Below, piece by piece: positions 36,145-48,947 of a stretch of 64,000 nt of DNA. Made by a program: the position numbers and the translations under genes. Under the pieces are notes generated by a model. That model ran no database searches, was not told the origin of the DNA, and saw nothing but the letters and a program-made list of their open reading frames with translations. Origin of the DNA: Camelus ferus (taxonomy: Eukaryota); contig NC_045697.1 of assembly GCF_009834535.1 (NCBI RefSeq), forward strand, positions 104,906,001-104,970,000, read 5' to 3'. Within the stretch, counting starts at the first letter, position 1. Every line of letters starts with the position of its first letter.

Positions 36145-38830
36145 AAATAATTTTTATTAAAGTGTAATTGACATACAATAAACTGCATATATTGACAGCA
36201 TATATTTTGATAAGTTTGATGCATGCATATATCTCTGAAGCCATCACCATCATCAAGACGGTGAACCTACCCATCTCCCCTAAAGTTTCCTTGAGCCCCT
36301 TTGAACTCTCTCTCACTCTTCCCTTCTCATTCCCTCATCCCTGGACAAACCTCTGGTCTGCTTTCTGTCAGTATACGTTAATTTGTGTTTCCTGTAATTT
36401 TAAAAATCTGGATTCTTTCACTCAGCATAATCAGAGATTCACCCATGTTGTAGCAAATACCCATAGTTCATTTTTTGTTAATGCTAACGAGTGTTCCATT
36501 TTATGGATATACCAGAACTTTCTTTTGTATCCATTTACCTGTTAATGGACATTTTGGTTATCAGTAGCTTTTGGCTATTACAAATAAAGCTACTAGAAAC
36601 CTTTGTGTACAAACCTTTGAACAAAGGCTTTCATTTCTCTTGGGTAAATCCTGGGATTATAATGCCCAGATCACATGGTAGGTGTATGTTTAACTTTTTG
36701 GGAGACTGACAAATTTTTTTCAAAGGAGTTATATTTCTTTACATTCCCACTAACAATGTGCAAGAGTTCTATTTCCTCTGTACCCTTGCCAAGTCTTAAT
36801 ATTTTGGATACAAGGGCTTAGATACGTGCTTTTTATTTATTTATTTTTAATTTAATTAAAAAATATTTTATTTATTATTGTACTACTTTATTATCTTTTG
36901 GTTGGGTGGGGAAGGTAATTAGATTTATTTATTTTTAACAGAGGTACTAGAGATTGAACCCGGGACCTCGTGCATGCTAAGCATGTGCTCTACCACTTGA
37001 GCTATACCCTCCCCTCCTAGATACGTGCTTTTTAAAAGTTCTCTTCAGTCTGTGGCTTGTCTTCTCATTCTGTTAATAGTGCCTTTCAAAGGACATTTAA
37101 AAGTTTTGATGAAGTCCATTTTGTCAGTTTATAGGGACTGTACTTTATGGACTATCCTTCTGCCTAATCCAAAGTCATAGAGATTTTCTCTTATGTTTTA
37201 TTATAGAAGTTATGTAGTTTTAGGTTTTACACTTAGATCTGTGGTCTATTTTGAGTTAGTTTTGTGTAAGATGTGAAGAATGGATCCAAGTTCACTTTTG
37301 ATATGGATGTCCAGTTGTTGTAGTACCATTTGTAGGAAAGTATATCCTTTCTCCCCTGAATTGTATATTGAGATGATTTTACAATTTTTCGTTTTTAGCT
37401 TGCTAGTGTAGTGAGTTGAATTGATCTTATTTTAAGATGAAGGCAGTGTTACATTTCTCTGATTAAACCCAACTTAGTCGTGATGTATTATCCTCTCACT
37501 TACCTTGTTGGATTCCAGATGCTAACATTTTATTTAGAATAGTTGCATTGACATTCGTGAGTCAGATTGGTCAGTAGTTTTCTTGTAATGTCTTTAATTT
37601 TGATACTAGGGTAATGCTGACATCAGAGTGAGTTAGAAAGTGTTCCCTGATATTTTTTTTGAAAGGACTTGCATAGAATTGGTATTATTTCTTCTTTAAT
37701 TGTTTGGTAGAATTTGCCAGTGAGGTCATCTGGGCCTAGAGTTTCCTTACTGGTGAGACTTTTAAGTACATATGCATTTTCTGTAATAGATAATGGGACT
37801 ACTCAGGTTACCTCTTTCTTCTGAAGTGAGCTTTGGCAGTTTGTGTCTTTCAAAACGTATGTCCATTTCATCTAAACTGTTGAATTTGTGGGCATGAGAT
37901 TGTTCATAATGTTTTCTTATTAATACCTTTAGAGCCTGCAGAGATTCTTCAGTCACCTTTATTATTCCTGACGTTGGTAATTTGTGTTCTCTCTCTTTTA
38001 TTTCCTAAATACTCTGGCTAGACTTACCAACTTTATTGATTATTTTGAAGAATCAGTTTTTGGATTCACTTGTTTTCTCTATTTTTTTGTTTTATTTTGT
38101 TTTCTGTTTAATTGTTTTCTGATCTGATACTTGTTTCTGTTTTTTTCTGCTTATTTTGGGTTTAACTTACTCCCTTTTTGGCTGTTTAGGGTAAAAAGTT
38201 TAAGACCTATTTTTCTAAGATGGGTACTTAGTGGTATAAATTTACCCCTAATTGTTGTTTTACTGATATCCCTTAAATTCTGATATGTTGTATTTTCATT
38301 TCTATTCAGTTCAAGATACTTCCTGCTTTCCCTTCCTTTCAGGTTTTCCAGTTATCTTTCTGTTACTAATTTTTAATTCAGTTTTTATTGTAATCAGAGA
38401 AATGTCCTGTATAAATTGAACCCTTTTAAATTTATTGAGATCTGTTTCATGGTCCAAAATATCTTTATCTCAATAAATGTTTCACGCCCACTGTAGGAAT
38501 GTGTTTTCTGTTGCTTTTGGATGGAGTGTCAGTTAGGTGAAGGACTTACCAATTAGGTGAAGTTGGTTGAGGGCTTTGTTCAGATCTTCCGTACCCTAAC
38601 TTTGCGTCCATTTGTTTTGTCAGTTACCGAGACACCGAGGTATTTACGTCTACAGCCATAGTTACGGATTTCTCCTCACAGTTCCATCAATTTTTGTTTC
38701 GTGTATTTTGAAGACCCTGTTACTAGACCCATAAATATGTAGGACTGTTACACCTTCTTGATGAATTGACTTCTTTATCAGTATGAAATGACCTCCTTTA
38801 TCCCTGGCATTTTTCTTGGCTTTTGCATAT
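36145..38830 (-). mobile_element. Old L1 (L1MC/MD-like), ~2.5 kb, with a SINE inserted
   Basis: 3' end ttttattaaagtgtaattgacatacaataaactgc. Minus-strand ORFs 37762..37956 (HYEQSHAHKFNSLDEMD...LPKLT) and 38662..38880 (RDKGGHFILIKKSIHQEGVTVLHIYG) are decayed L1 ORF2 peptides. Confidence 0.9.
36836..37017 (-). mobile_element. tRNA-Ala-derived SINE (Vic-1-like) with perfect 17-bp TSD
   Basis: TSD tagatacgtgcttttta at 36819-36835 and 37018-37034. Minus strand reads GGGGAGGGTATAGCTCAAGTGGTAGAGCACATGCTTAGCATGCACGAGGTCCCGGGTTCAATC. Confidence 0.95.
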
Positions 38831-39726
38831 GTTTTTAATATTCTTTTGTGTGTATCTTTGTTTTTTTTTTTTTTAAGCATTTGAAGAGGAATTTCTGGGC
38901 TTCATGATTTAAACCTTTTAAAAGTGTTTATCTTTTATCTTGCCAAACTGCCCTCAAGAAAGGCTGTACAGGTTGCTACTTGTCTTAGTGTTCTTTACAT
39001 GTTTGGAGTTTGCGGATCTGGTCTTTTTAAAACTTAATATGTATAAATGTTGACTGAACTGTAACATTCTGTTGACTGTAGGATAAAATCTACTATTTAT
39101 GTAATCTGTTTTGTAGAAAATTAAAAGGATGTGAGTGTTTTTAAAGTTACTATCAATTTTATTTCATATCTCTATTGTTTCATAGGCATGATTCAAAATT
39201 GGATATTGTATTTTTATAATAGAGTTGTAAGAGGAGAAGATTTGATTTCTTTAAATATGTTTACTCTTTTCTATATTTTTTTGGCATCTCCAATTAATAT
39301 CCCAGAGATGATTTTCAAAATTGTATGCTTATAGTATTATAACATATATTAATATAATGCTTATATTATGTATATTATATTGGCTGGATAGAATGTTTGA
39401 CTCTAAATAATATGTGGAAGGAAGTTTTGGATATGAAATCAGATGTTTGTAAAGGTACTTTCCAAGATTAAATGTGAAATGCTATTTGCTAGACAGGGAT
39501 TGATAGCTGCTTAAGCTTTGATACGCCTGGTGCAGATAACACTTACTAAAGGGGTTCATTTGAATGATGTATCTTCTTTGATATGTAAAAATGTATCTCC
39601 TAGGGAAGTTCTGCACATTAACCAAGAAATGCACGACATATTTCATATCCTTTTATCAAAAATGAACGTGAGAGAGATGCCCTGTTCGTATTTGTTCAGT
39701 AATTCTCAGCTGTCTTTTTCCTACAG

Positions 39727-39785
39727 GAGTCTTCCTGAGCCGCTTATGACCTATGAGTTACATGGTGATTTCATTGTTCCAGCCA
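39727..39785 (+). CDS. ARHGAP10: ARHGAP10 coding exon (probably exon 16), 59 nt, RhoGAP
   Basis: Acceptor tttttcctacag|G, donor CCA|gtgagt; encodes (R)SLPEPLMTYELHGDFIVPA with the LPEPL RhoGAP motif; phase 2 to 1. Confidence 0.96.
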
Positions 39786-39961
39786 GTGAGTATTGTGTAG
39801 AGGCGATAGAAGCCCTTTGGTGGCTGGTAGCGGGTATAAACTCAAATGTCCACATGAAAAATTTATCTTTATGTTGCTGTAGCCTGTGTTAAAAATGAAA
39901 ATCACTTTAGGAGGTGTTTGGGTTTTCCCCCCTGGTTTTAGAAGATGAAAAAAGGGACAAT

Positions 39962-40260
39962 TAATATATTCATTCATTCATTCATTGCCTACTGTGTGCT
40001 AGTCACTGGTAGGTAATGAATATATCGGCCACGACAGGATTTCCGCCCCCGGAAGCCAGGTTTCTAGCAAGTCTTGGGGCAGATACGCCTCTCACTGTAG
40101 TGTAATATATATAATCACCAAAATGCTGTGGGAACACAGAAGGACTTAACTTGCAGATTGTTGGGGAGATTAGCAGATTTGGAGAGATTAGCAGGTTGGA
40201 AATGGCTTCCCATAGAAAGATATTTAGATGGAAATTGCAGGCAGAAGGACTATTGTGAGC
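39962..40260 (-). mobile_element. L2 3' end
   Basis: (ATTC)n terminus followed by tgcctactgtgtgctagtcactg...aatgctgtgggaacacaga. Confidence 0.65.
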
Positions 40261-40443
40261 CAGACACCCACACAGTATTTGATAGAGAGTGAATTATATG
40301 TGATAAAATGCTAAATGAAAAAGGCTTATAGTTGGTAGAAATTCAATATGGGATTAAATCTTGTGTGAGTCATACTCATTTGAAGTTTTCTTATTTTCTT
40401 TCTATTATACACCTCGGTTTTTATATTTGACACATGGTGTTTA

Positions 40444-40521
40444 TTTTTTATTTATTTATATATTTTTTCTGGTTTACTATTTATTTATTTATTGAAGAAC
40501 GGTCAATTACAATGTGTCAGT
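40444..40521 (-). mobile_element. Extremely truncated L1 3' end with perfect 18-bp TSD
   Basis: TSD tttgacacatggtgttta at 40426-40443 and 40522-40539; the insert is a T-rich tail plus attgaagaacggtcaattacaatgtgtcagt. Confidence 0.85.
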
Positions 40522-42441
40522 TTTGACACATGGTGTTTAATCACCGTAGTCTCCCGAAATACTCCGACGTTTGGTATTTAATAGTCATGGAAATGAAGGT
40601 TGAGACACGTTAAGTAACTTGCCAGATTATAGAGATCTTTATTTCAAATTCAAAACCCCAGTTCCACTGGCTAAAACCTGCCGTATTGGTTTTCACAGGT
40701 GCACTGACAGTAGCTGTAATTGTATTTTCATTTCCTTTTTATTTTTTTCCCTTGGATGTATTCCATAGTTTAATCTGTTGGAAAACTTAGAGCAGTCCCT
40801 TTGGGTCCTGTGTTACTGGTGCCCGAACATCGCTGTAAATGTTATCTTCTTGTGAGGTCCTTGCTCCAGCCAGTGTAAAGGTTCCCGGGGGTTTGCAGAA
40901 AGAGGCCATGGGTAGGCCCAGTTGGACTATCCATATAAAACGGGCTTTTGGAAAAGGCAGAAACATGGTTCTTTTCACTTTTGTTTTCACGTGGAAGAGG
41001 ATTTTTTTTTTTTTTTTTTTAAAGGGAATTTGTGCCATCAGGGAAGTCAGGGAAAGTTTTCTTGGCAAAAACTCAAGCAAACGCTTAGTTGTTTTGATTT
41101 CTTCCCTGTGGCATTTTTGGCAAAGTGGGGAAAGAGAAATTAAAGTCGAGCTGGAGGACAATTGTTTCATGTTGTTTGCCTCGGAGACTGGAAAAAGCAG
41201 AAGAGTGCCAATTTTAATCTAGAATCCTCTGAGAATTGGAGAAAGATAAAGTGATTATGGAATGAAGTTTTAAATTACCCCGAGTTAGTATCATGATCGC
41301 GCCAGAGAACCGAAGCCAGGGTGCTGGAAATTCGAACACCAACGTGTTTTTACCAGATGAGGGCTTCCTCAGAGGTCGAGACTTAATAGGTGGTAACGGA
41401 GTCCGCGGGGACGGGGGGTGGGTTGAAGGAGTTTGTGGAGGCTCTCCTTGAGCAATGTGGAAGAAGAGCGTGTTTAAATAGGAGAAGGATCGTTACCTCC
41501 TAGACCAGTACCTTGTGTTTGCTCCCTGGCTTTGGAGGGATCTATATGGTCTTCACAATGATTGGAATAACAGGCCTGTTCCAGAGAGATACTGTGGCTT
41601 CTGTAATTGTTGGCGGGCATTTGCCCCTAAGTGGAGTTGCAGTTGGCGTGGGACCTGTCGGCGCATACCTTATTTAGTGGGGAAAAACGTCCATATATTA
41701 GATGAGTGTTATTTTAGTGACCAACATTTCCAGAGTAGACTTTAATTTCTTGTTTGACTCTCCCGTGAACGCCCTTTTCTGTGCTCCTGGGGCCTCTCTT
41801 AGGAAAGAGTGTGGGAGCAGATCCTCTAATCTTTTGCACGTGTCCTTTCAAGGTTTGAATAAAGCAGTTACAGAAATCAGGTGGTCAGAACTAGTCTCCC
41901 CTTGAATACTGTTGGAAAATTGGGATTGTGGTGAAGCTATCATTTTCCATTAACAATGGGGCAGAGATTACCTTGTTTTGCCAAAGTGTCTTAGCTGAGC
42001 TGACTGCTGAAATTACCGAGCATCACCATTCTCTTGTTACCGCCTCTCACACCAGCATGGAGACTAATTTTTGATTCTTTTCAGTCGCATGCGGTAGTTT
42101 CCATCTGTTCCGTGGTGTTGAGATTGTCTCTCCTCCTCTCCCTGCTGAGGGTTCTGACGGGTTCTTCTGGGTACGTTCTCTTTTTCCCATCAGTTTCCTT
42201 CTTGCAGAGTTCTGTTGAGAACCTGTGAGTTAAGTCTGGAGTCTCTGATACAAATACAAATTTTTTCTTTGCTGTCACCACAGAAGGCAAACATTTTTCT
42301 TCCTCATTCGTTATAAAAAAAAAAAAAAACCAAGAAAAAAAACCTTACTGTTCAATGTGGAATGCAATGAGAAATTAAAATAATAAACCTTTTCAGCTGC
42401 GGGAGTTAATTTAAAATTGCTAAAAGAAACCAGAGACCATC

Positions 42442-43349
42442 TGTCTAGGACAGTCTCTCCTCTGTGTCTCCTGGACTCTCACACACAATACTTCACTTCT
42501 GGTCACCAAATGTGTGGGGTTTCCCCTCCACCAACCAATTCTGCGATGCCAGCTGAGCGTTCTACAGTTGGATTCAGTTCCGTTTCTATCTACTTAGAGT
42601 TAGCAGCTGATCCCACAAGTGAAGGACTTGGTCCTACAAGACCCCCTCACTTCAGACACCAGTCCTAGGTCATCCCTGGTACATCTGACTGCCTGGCTAG
42701 AAATCAGCATTCTGATAACCCTCATGTTGGATATGAGAATTTGCTTGAGTGGTTCACAGAACTCAGGGAAACACAGAAGTCCATTTACTAGCTTATGATA
42801 TAATAAAGGATCTGATAAAGGATACCAACGAACAGTCAGATACATAGGGCGAGGTACAGAAGTGTCCTGAGCGCCGGAGCTTTTGTCCCTGTGAAGACCT
42901 CCCAGTATGTGGGTATGTTCATCCCCTTGGAAGCTCTCCAGACCCCATACTCTTGGGATTTTTATGAAGGTTTCATGTAGGCATGATAGATTATTGGTTC
43001 CATTTCTAGCCTCTCTCCCCTCTCCAGAGAATGATGGGTGGACCTGAAAATTCTCAGCTTCTAGTCATGACTTGGTCTCTCTGGTGACCAGCCAAGGAGC
43101 CCACCCAAAGTTGCTCCATTAAACCAAAAGGTGTTCTTATCAACCCCCAAATTCCAAGGGACTTAAGAGCTCGGTGTCAGACGATCCTATCACTCAGGAG
43201 ATTACAGAGCTTCTGGGAGCTTTGTGTCTGGCACTAAAAATATTAGAACAAAAGATTTTCTGAGTGCTTCCCTTTACAAGAGTTTTAGGAGCTCTGTGTC
43301 AGGAACTGAGGGCAGAGACCAATATATATATGTTTCCTATTATTTCACA
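42442..43349 (-). mobile_element. Solo LTR, MER21-like (ERVL group)
   Basis: TG...CA termini, near-perfect 5-bp TSD ccatc/acatc; homologous to 1309-2124. Confidence 0.8.
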
Positions 43350-45584
43350 ACATCATCTTGTAAGATAAATTAATGGGCTTTTAGTACAGAAATTTGTAAG
43401 ATGAAAATACACTTTGCTTGGTCTACATGGGAATGCAGAAGATTGTGTCCACCTGGGGAAGGTTTGTAGGCATCTACCTGGATACGTGACTGCATGATGT
43501 TTATTACCTTCGAGAATGTTGTGGTCCATGGTGTGTGTTTCAGCCTTTCAGGCTCAGAGTCCTTGATACATATCATATCGGTAAGACTTGGACCCAAGAT
43601 TCGAGGTTAGATGCATGTTAAACTAAGTTTGAGAATGGCAGCTGAAGTTGGACGCCTAATTTGGAATCACAGGAAAAATTTCTGTCCCCCGCACCAGAAG
43701 ACCTGTCTTGCTATGTTTGTATGTTTTCTTCCTGTAGTCAAGTTACCTGGGAAGCAGTATCATAATCACAAGGTTCTTTGGTCATTAATGATGAAAAACA
43801 AAACTGTTATGGGGTCCAGGGCACTGGTGTCTGCCTAGCCGGAGGGTTCTGTCCTTGTTGGTAAACCTGCGTGGGAAGCAAGACGAAATCATGTCATCTT
43901 GGTGGGGAGGGACTCGGAAGTCTGGAAATTAAAGGAATTGGATGGTTAATGACATCAAGCTCTCTTAGCCTCTAGATGCATTGTTTCCAGGAGATAAGGT
44001 CTCCTGCAGAAGAACTCGAGTACTTGATGTCAGCTGACTGAAGCCACCCTTATCTCTTGGGAAGTGCTTGAATGGTTACTGCTAATGCTTTCCTAAAATT
44101 ACAGTATTGTTGACTTATGACGTTTAAGTATTGAATTTAAATTTGTCTGTGTATCTTTGATAAGCTCCAGTAAGCTATGATCACATCTTTCTCAGTCTCC
44201 GTTAGTTGGTGCGGCAACACGAGCAGATCGACATTAAGTGTTGTGAACGCTGATGTGTGTAGTTTCACGATGAGAAATGCTTTTGCTGTGACAGTAAACT
44301 CCTGCCCCTGCCAAATGCCAGGAATTGGGTGTTATTAATTCAGTATCTTAGATTTTTCAAAAAGTTACGTATGCCTTGGTGTTCTTTGTCAACTTACATC
44401 AATTAAAATATAATGGAATGCATACAGCATAAGCAACTAAAGATAATTCGTCTTAGGAGACCTTTTTTTGTTTCTGTTTTGAGTACCTTAAAGTCATTAT
44501 TGTGTTGTAGCCACATGAAGATGTCCATTCTTAGAAAGCTTTGATTCATGTCAAAATGGCACAAAATGGAGAAAAAATAGTTTTACTTTACAAGCTTGAC
44601 ATCCAAAAAGTCTTCTTTGGAAGAAGAGGGGAAACCAGGCTTAGCAAAAATGAGTATATCATTTCAAGTGAGATGGGGGTAAGCCAGTAGGGGGGCCCCT
44701 TAAGAAAGGGAGTGGAAGGTTTTGATTCTATTTTCAAAACCAATTCTAGTATTTTTAGAAATGCAGGACCTTATCCTTAGAAGGTGGGAAACTATTTTTT
44801 CTATCTTGTGTTTCTGAAGAAGTAATAAATAATTTTTAAAATTAGGTTTTCTTTGGCAAAAGATGATTATTAACGACAAGATAGACACATGAGTTAGAAA
44901 CAGCTTTTTAGTGCAAAGTTCTCAAAAATTGTCAATTTTTGAATGTACAAAATTCTTACCGTAGGCGGCTTTTTCTTCCTTTGGAATTTTTCACTGTTTT
45001 TCAGAGTCCCCGCCTTAATTTTATTTTTAAAATCAAAGCTGTGAATTGGAAATGTTACTGTATTTTTATTGCTTTTTATTTTTCTCCAGCTTTGATTTAG
45101 GAAGGCATTATCTTGGCTTTAACTCCAGATTAAAATCTTGATTATAATTGATCCCCTAACTCTTTAGGTAGTTGTACTTTTGTTCTCAGTGACAAATGTA
45201 GTCTGTATCTCAGTCTTCTATTATGTGACGTGATTGGATTGTTTGTGTTCTGCTTTACCTACATACCTTTCCATTTCTTAGTCTCTTCTGCTTCCTTTCT
45301 CCTTAGCAACAAGGTGTCCTGTGTTGTAAAATCTCATTCCTCCCAAACCCCACTCCTGAAAGCGTAAATGGAAACAAATCTAACTTTACAAACACGGGGA
45401 GCAACTTAGATGTTCGTGCAGTTGATCGTGTGGCATCCATCCAACGACATGTCGAGATGTCCATGACGTATTTCACGAAAGGGGCTGTTTGAACATCTCA
45501 TTACAGAAAAGGAAGGAAAACTCTGAAAAGATGAAAGTTAAAAATTACAATTTCTTAGGTGAGATTTGTTACAAATAACTTTAA

Positions 45585-46420
45585 GCAGCTTTTTATGGAA
45601 ACATAAGAGACGTGTACAAATAATAAGTGTAAATACTAAGCATACAGCGTAGTATATTTTCCCCAAGCGAAGGCAGCCATGTAATCAGCCCCCAGAGATA
45701 AAAGCTTGGCAGAAGCCCTTCCTCGCCCCCGCGTGGTCACTCTCCACCCCCGTGCCGGGTGAGCAGCCTCCTGACCTGTGACATCATAGTCACGTGTTGC
45801 TGCACTTGAGTTTCCTGTAAGTGGAATCATGCAGAGCAGACTAACACGTTGGGCTGCTTCTGCTCACCCTGCGAGGTCCATCCCTGTTGAGCGACGCAGT
45901 AGACCGTGCACTCTCGTTGAAGCTCAGTGTTCCGTTGTGGGACTATACCGCAGTCTGCCTCTTCTGCTCTCGGTGGGTACTGGAGTTCTGGTTTGGACCG
46001 TTACCAAGAGGCGACTGCTCTGACCATTCCATCTTGTGTCTTTTAGCGAATGGTCATATGAGAGGCATTTTTGGGTCGCTGGGAACGTGTGTGTTCTAGG
46101 TTAGCAGATACTGCAGATAACAGTTCTCCAGAGTGGTTGCGCCAGTTAATTATTCCCACCCAGTTAGCGTATGACAGATCCAGTTGCTTCATGCGCTTGC
46201 CAGAGTTTGGGGTTCATTGAAAGCTATCCTGATGGGTGAATGGTTGGTCCCTCATTGTGGTTTTAATTTCTGTTTTCCTGGTAACTAATGAGGTTTAGTG
46301 TCTTTTCATTTTACACGTGTGTTGGTCACATAGAGGTCCCCTGTCATGAAGTTTCTGCTCCAGACCCTCCCCTGTTTTTCTTTTGGGTTGTCTCTCTTTT
46401 CTGCCTGATTTGTGGCAGTT
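45585..46420 (-). mobile_element. Old L1 (L1ME/MC-like) relic
   Basis: cttttatggaaaca...ttgagtttcctgtaagtggaatcatgcag...cagttctccagagtggttg...ctcattgtggttttaatttctgttttcctggtaactaatgaggtt. Confidence 0.7.
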
Positions 46421-46584
46421 CTTGCTTGACTAAAATATATTTCAGATTTTTAGTGATTTTATTCACTGAACTTTTTATCAGTTTTTTCCTAAAATTTTAG
46501 CAAAATAAAGTTTTCTAAAATTGAGCAGATATTTAATTTTTCCAGTAACAGAAAAGTGAAGCTATTATCATCTTGAAAAAAAAA

Positions 46585-47045
46585 ATGCCAAGTCCGGCAG
46601 AGAAAGACAAATACTGTATGATCTCACTTACTTGTGGAATCTTTAAAACAAAACCAAACCAAACCAAACCAAACCAAACCAAACCCCAAAACCAAGTTCA
46701 GAGATACAGAGAACAGATTGGCAGTTGACAGACATGGGAGGTGGGCAAAATGGGTGAAGGGAGTCAAAAGGTACAAACTTCTAGTTGTAAGATAAACGAG
46801 TCATGGGGATGTGATTTGCAGTGTGATGACTGTAATTGGTAATACTGTCTTGCATATTTGAAAGTTGCTAAGAGAGTAGATCTTAAAAGTTCTCCTCACA
46901 AGAAATAAATGTTATAGCTATGTGTGATGACAGATGGTAACTAGGCTTATGGTGATGCCCATCTTGCAATACGTACAAATATTGAATCATTATGTTGTAC
47001 ACCTGAAACTAATATAATGTTACTTGTCAACTGTACTTCAGTTTA
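46585..47045 (+). mobile_element. L1 3' UTR (L1MA9-like) with internal (CCAAA)n microsatellite at ~46650-46695
   Basis: cagagaaagacaaatactgtatgatctcactta...aaaaggtacaaacttctagttgtaag...tgttgtacacctgaaactaatataatgtt. Confidence 0.88.
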
Positions 47046-47254
47046 TTTGTTTGTTTGTTTATTTAATTTAAAAAAATCTACCAACACCTGAAAATTAACT
47101 GTTGGGTTTTTTGTTTGTTTGTTTTTCTTGTTTTTTTGCAGGGGGAGAGGTAATTAGGTTTATTTATTTTTTCAATGGAGGTGCTGGGGATTGAACCCAG
47201 GACCTCGTGCTTAGTAAGCACGTAGTCTACCACTTGAACTGTACCCTCCCCTCA
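47046..47254 (-). mobile_element. tRNA-Ala-derived SINE (Vic-1-like) with extended 3' region, inserted at the L1 tail
   Basis: SINE body at ~47140-47254; TSD gtacttcagttta (47033-47045) / gtacttcaattta (47255-47267). Confidence 0.88.
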
Positions 47255-47496
47255 GTACTTCAATTTAAAAAAACAGCAAAAAATCCCACCAAACTCCCCT
47301 TTCAAGAGGGGGGATTGCTTTAGTTTTCTTCCCCTCCCCTTCAGTTTCTCGATTTTTGAACCTCTGGTCTGAAATCCAACTTTGGGCATCTCTTCAGGAC
47401 CTCACTCTTTGACCTCCCAGTTTTTGTTAAATGTGGTCAGTTCAGCCATATCCACGGCCCCTTCTCTGTCTTTGTATTTCCTGGTTTCTCCTTAAC

Positions 47497-47560
47497 TCTT
47501 TTTTTTAACTGAAGTACAGTTGATTACAATGTGCAGTTTCTGGTGTCCAGCACAATGCCC
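47497..47560 (-). mobile_element. Very short L1 3' end fragment
   Basis: ttttttttaactgaagtacagttgattacaatgtg..gtttctggtgtccagcacaatg; flanked by tccttaactctt / tccttacctctt. Confidence 0.75.
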
Positions 47561-48084
47561 CAGTCTTTCCTTACCTCTTGATAGCACTAGCTTTGCAGTC
47601 TTTGCAGGTTTCTTCTCACTTGACACTCTGATGACACTGAACCCCACCCTGGGCGCCCCCTCTCTTCCTCCTCCTTTGCTTGGCTTAGTTGCCAGTGGCA
47701 TCTCCCCTGTACGTCTTTTGAGCTCTTTTCCCCCAAATGTCCTCTCTTAGGCTCCGCAGTAGTCCGGCATCCTTGGCTACGTGCTGCAGGTCATGCAGCT
47801 AGCCTTCGTCTCTGAGACCTGCCCCCTTCCCAGCTGCCTGCGAGAAGACCAGCCTCTTGAGTATCGCTTTCTCCGTCACTTCCATCATCGTCTTCCACCT
47901 CAAACCCTCTTTGCCTCTGCACTCCTGTCCGTCACAGAAGTGCCCATATCCCAGCTAACCCAGACATGAAGCCTCACTCATCTTTGCCTTCTTCCTCCTG
48001 ACCCTCAGCCAGTCGGAGGCTAAATCCCCTCCATTCTACTCCTTCCATTGTGCTCTCATGTAATAGTAACACAGACGGCAACAG

Positions 48085-48300
48085 TGGTGCTGGCTCCCAG
48101 CGGTTGAGTGCCTCTGTTGGCCAACCACTGGGGTAAACAAATGCTTTCTGCATGTCACCTCACTGAATCTCATAGTGGCCTTCGGAGAAAGTGCTGTTCA
48201 CTTCATCTTGCAGATGAGGAAACTGAGGCCCAGAGAGGTTAGGTAACTTGCCTAAGTCCACTCAGCTGTCAGGTGGAAGCAGTGATTCCACCATCTGACC
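48085..48300 (-). mobile_element. MIR SINE
   Basis: catcttgcagatgaggaaactgaggcccagagaggttaggtaacttgcctaagtccactcagct is the MIR core. Confidence 0.85.
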
Positions 48301-48764
48301 GTAGATCATACTTCTTTGCTCTATTTCCTTATTTGTAGTCCTACCCCTGCCCTGCCCCCCGCCCCTTCCTGCCTCGTGACTTCTTGCCCAGATAGTATTT
48401 CCTTCTTAATTTGCTCTTTTCCCCATCTTAATTCATCCTCTAGAAATGTAAGGTGTGTCTTCCCCAAATTTAACTCTGCTTGTATTTCTTCTTTGCTTTA
48501 CTTTCAGTGACTAATTCAGAAGCCACTAGTAAAGCCAAGTTCTTCCAAGTGGTCTTTACAGACCAAAGTTTGGCCTCCGACTACCATTCTGTAAGCTTGA
48601 GGTGCTGTCTCTGGATAGACTGTGTATTTGCTTCTACTGCTGGCTGAATCTGGGGTGTACCCCTCACCTCTTCAATTCTGCCCTTCCTGGAAATCTTCCC
48701 TGTTTTCTTTAAGCGCCAACTCAAATGCTCTCCCTTATGTGAAACCTCCCTGAGCTTCCCCGCC

Positions 48765-48834
48765 AGCATGCATGAGGTCCTGGATTCAATCCCCAGCACC
48801 TCCGTTTAAAAAGAAAAACAAAACAAAACAAAAC
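48765..48834 (+). mobile_element. 3' half of a Vic-1-like SINE (B box plus tail), in an inverted segment
   Basis: agcatgcatgaggtcctggattcaatccccagcacctcc plus (A/CAAAA)n tail, followed by aattatgctagag. Confidence 0.88.
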
Positions 48835-48947
48835 AATTATGCTAGAGTTTTCAGGGGCATCAACAAAGTGCCTTATGAGAATGAGGTGCTCAGTTTACCA
48901 AAGCAGGAAGGAAGGAGGCTCACAGAGAGCTGGCAGGGACTGACCTG

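Noticed and set aside
36940..37017. tRNA-Ala(AGC) genes (here and at the other SINE heads)
   Set aside because: A/B boxes and an AGC loop are present, but each copy has an A-rich tail, TSDs and stem-breaking substitutions. They are SINEs, not tRNA genes.
39518..39892. 124-aa ORF as a single long exon
   Set aside because: Only 39727-39785 is bounded by splice sites and matches RhoGAP; the rest is open intronic frame.
44683..44698. CTCF-like GCCAGTAGGGGGGCCC (also the minus-strand match near 50152-50166)
   Set aside because: An extra G or substitutions disrupt the invariant GGC register of the core motif.
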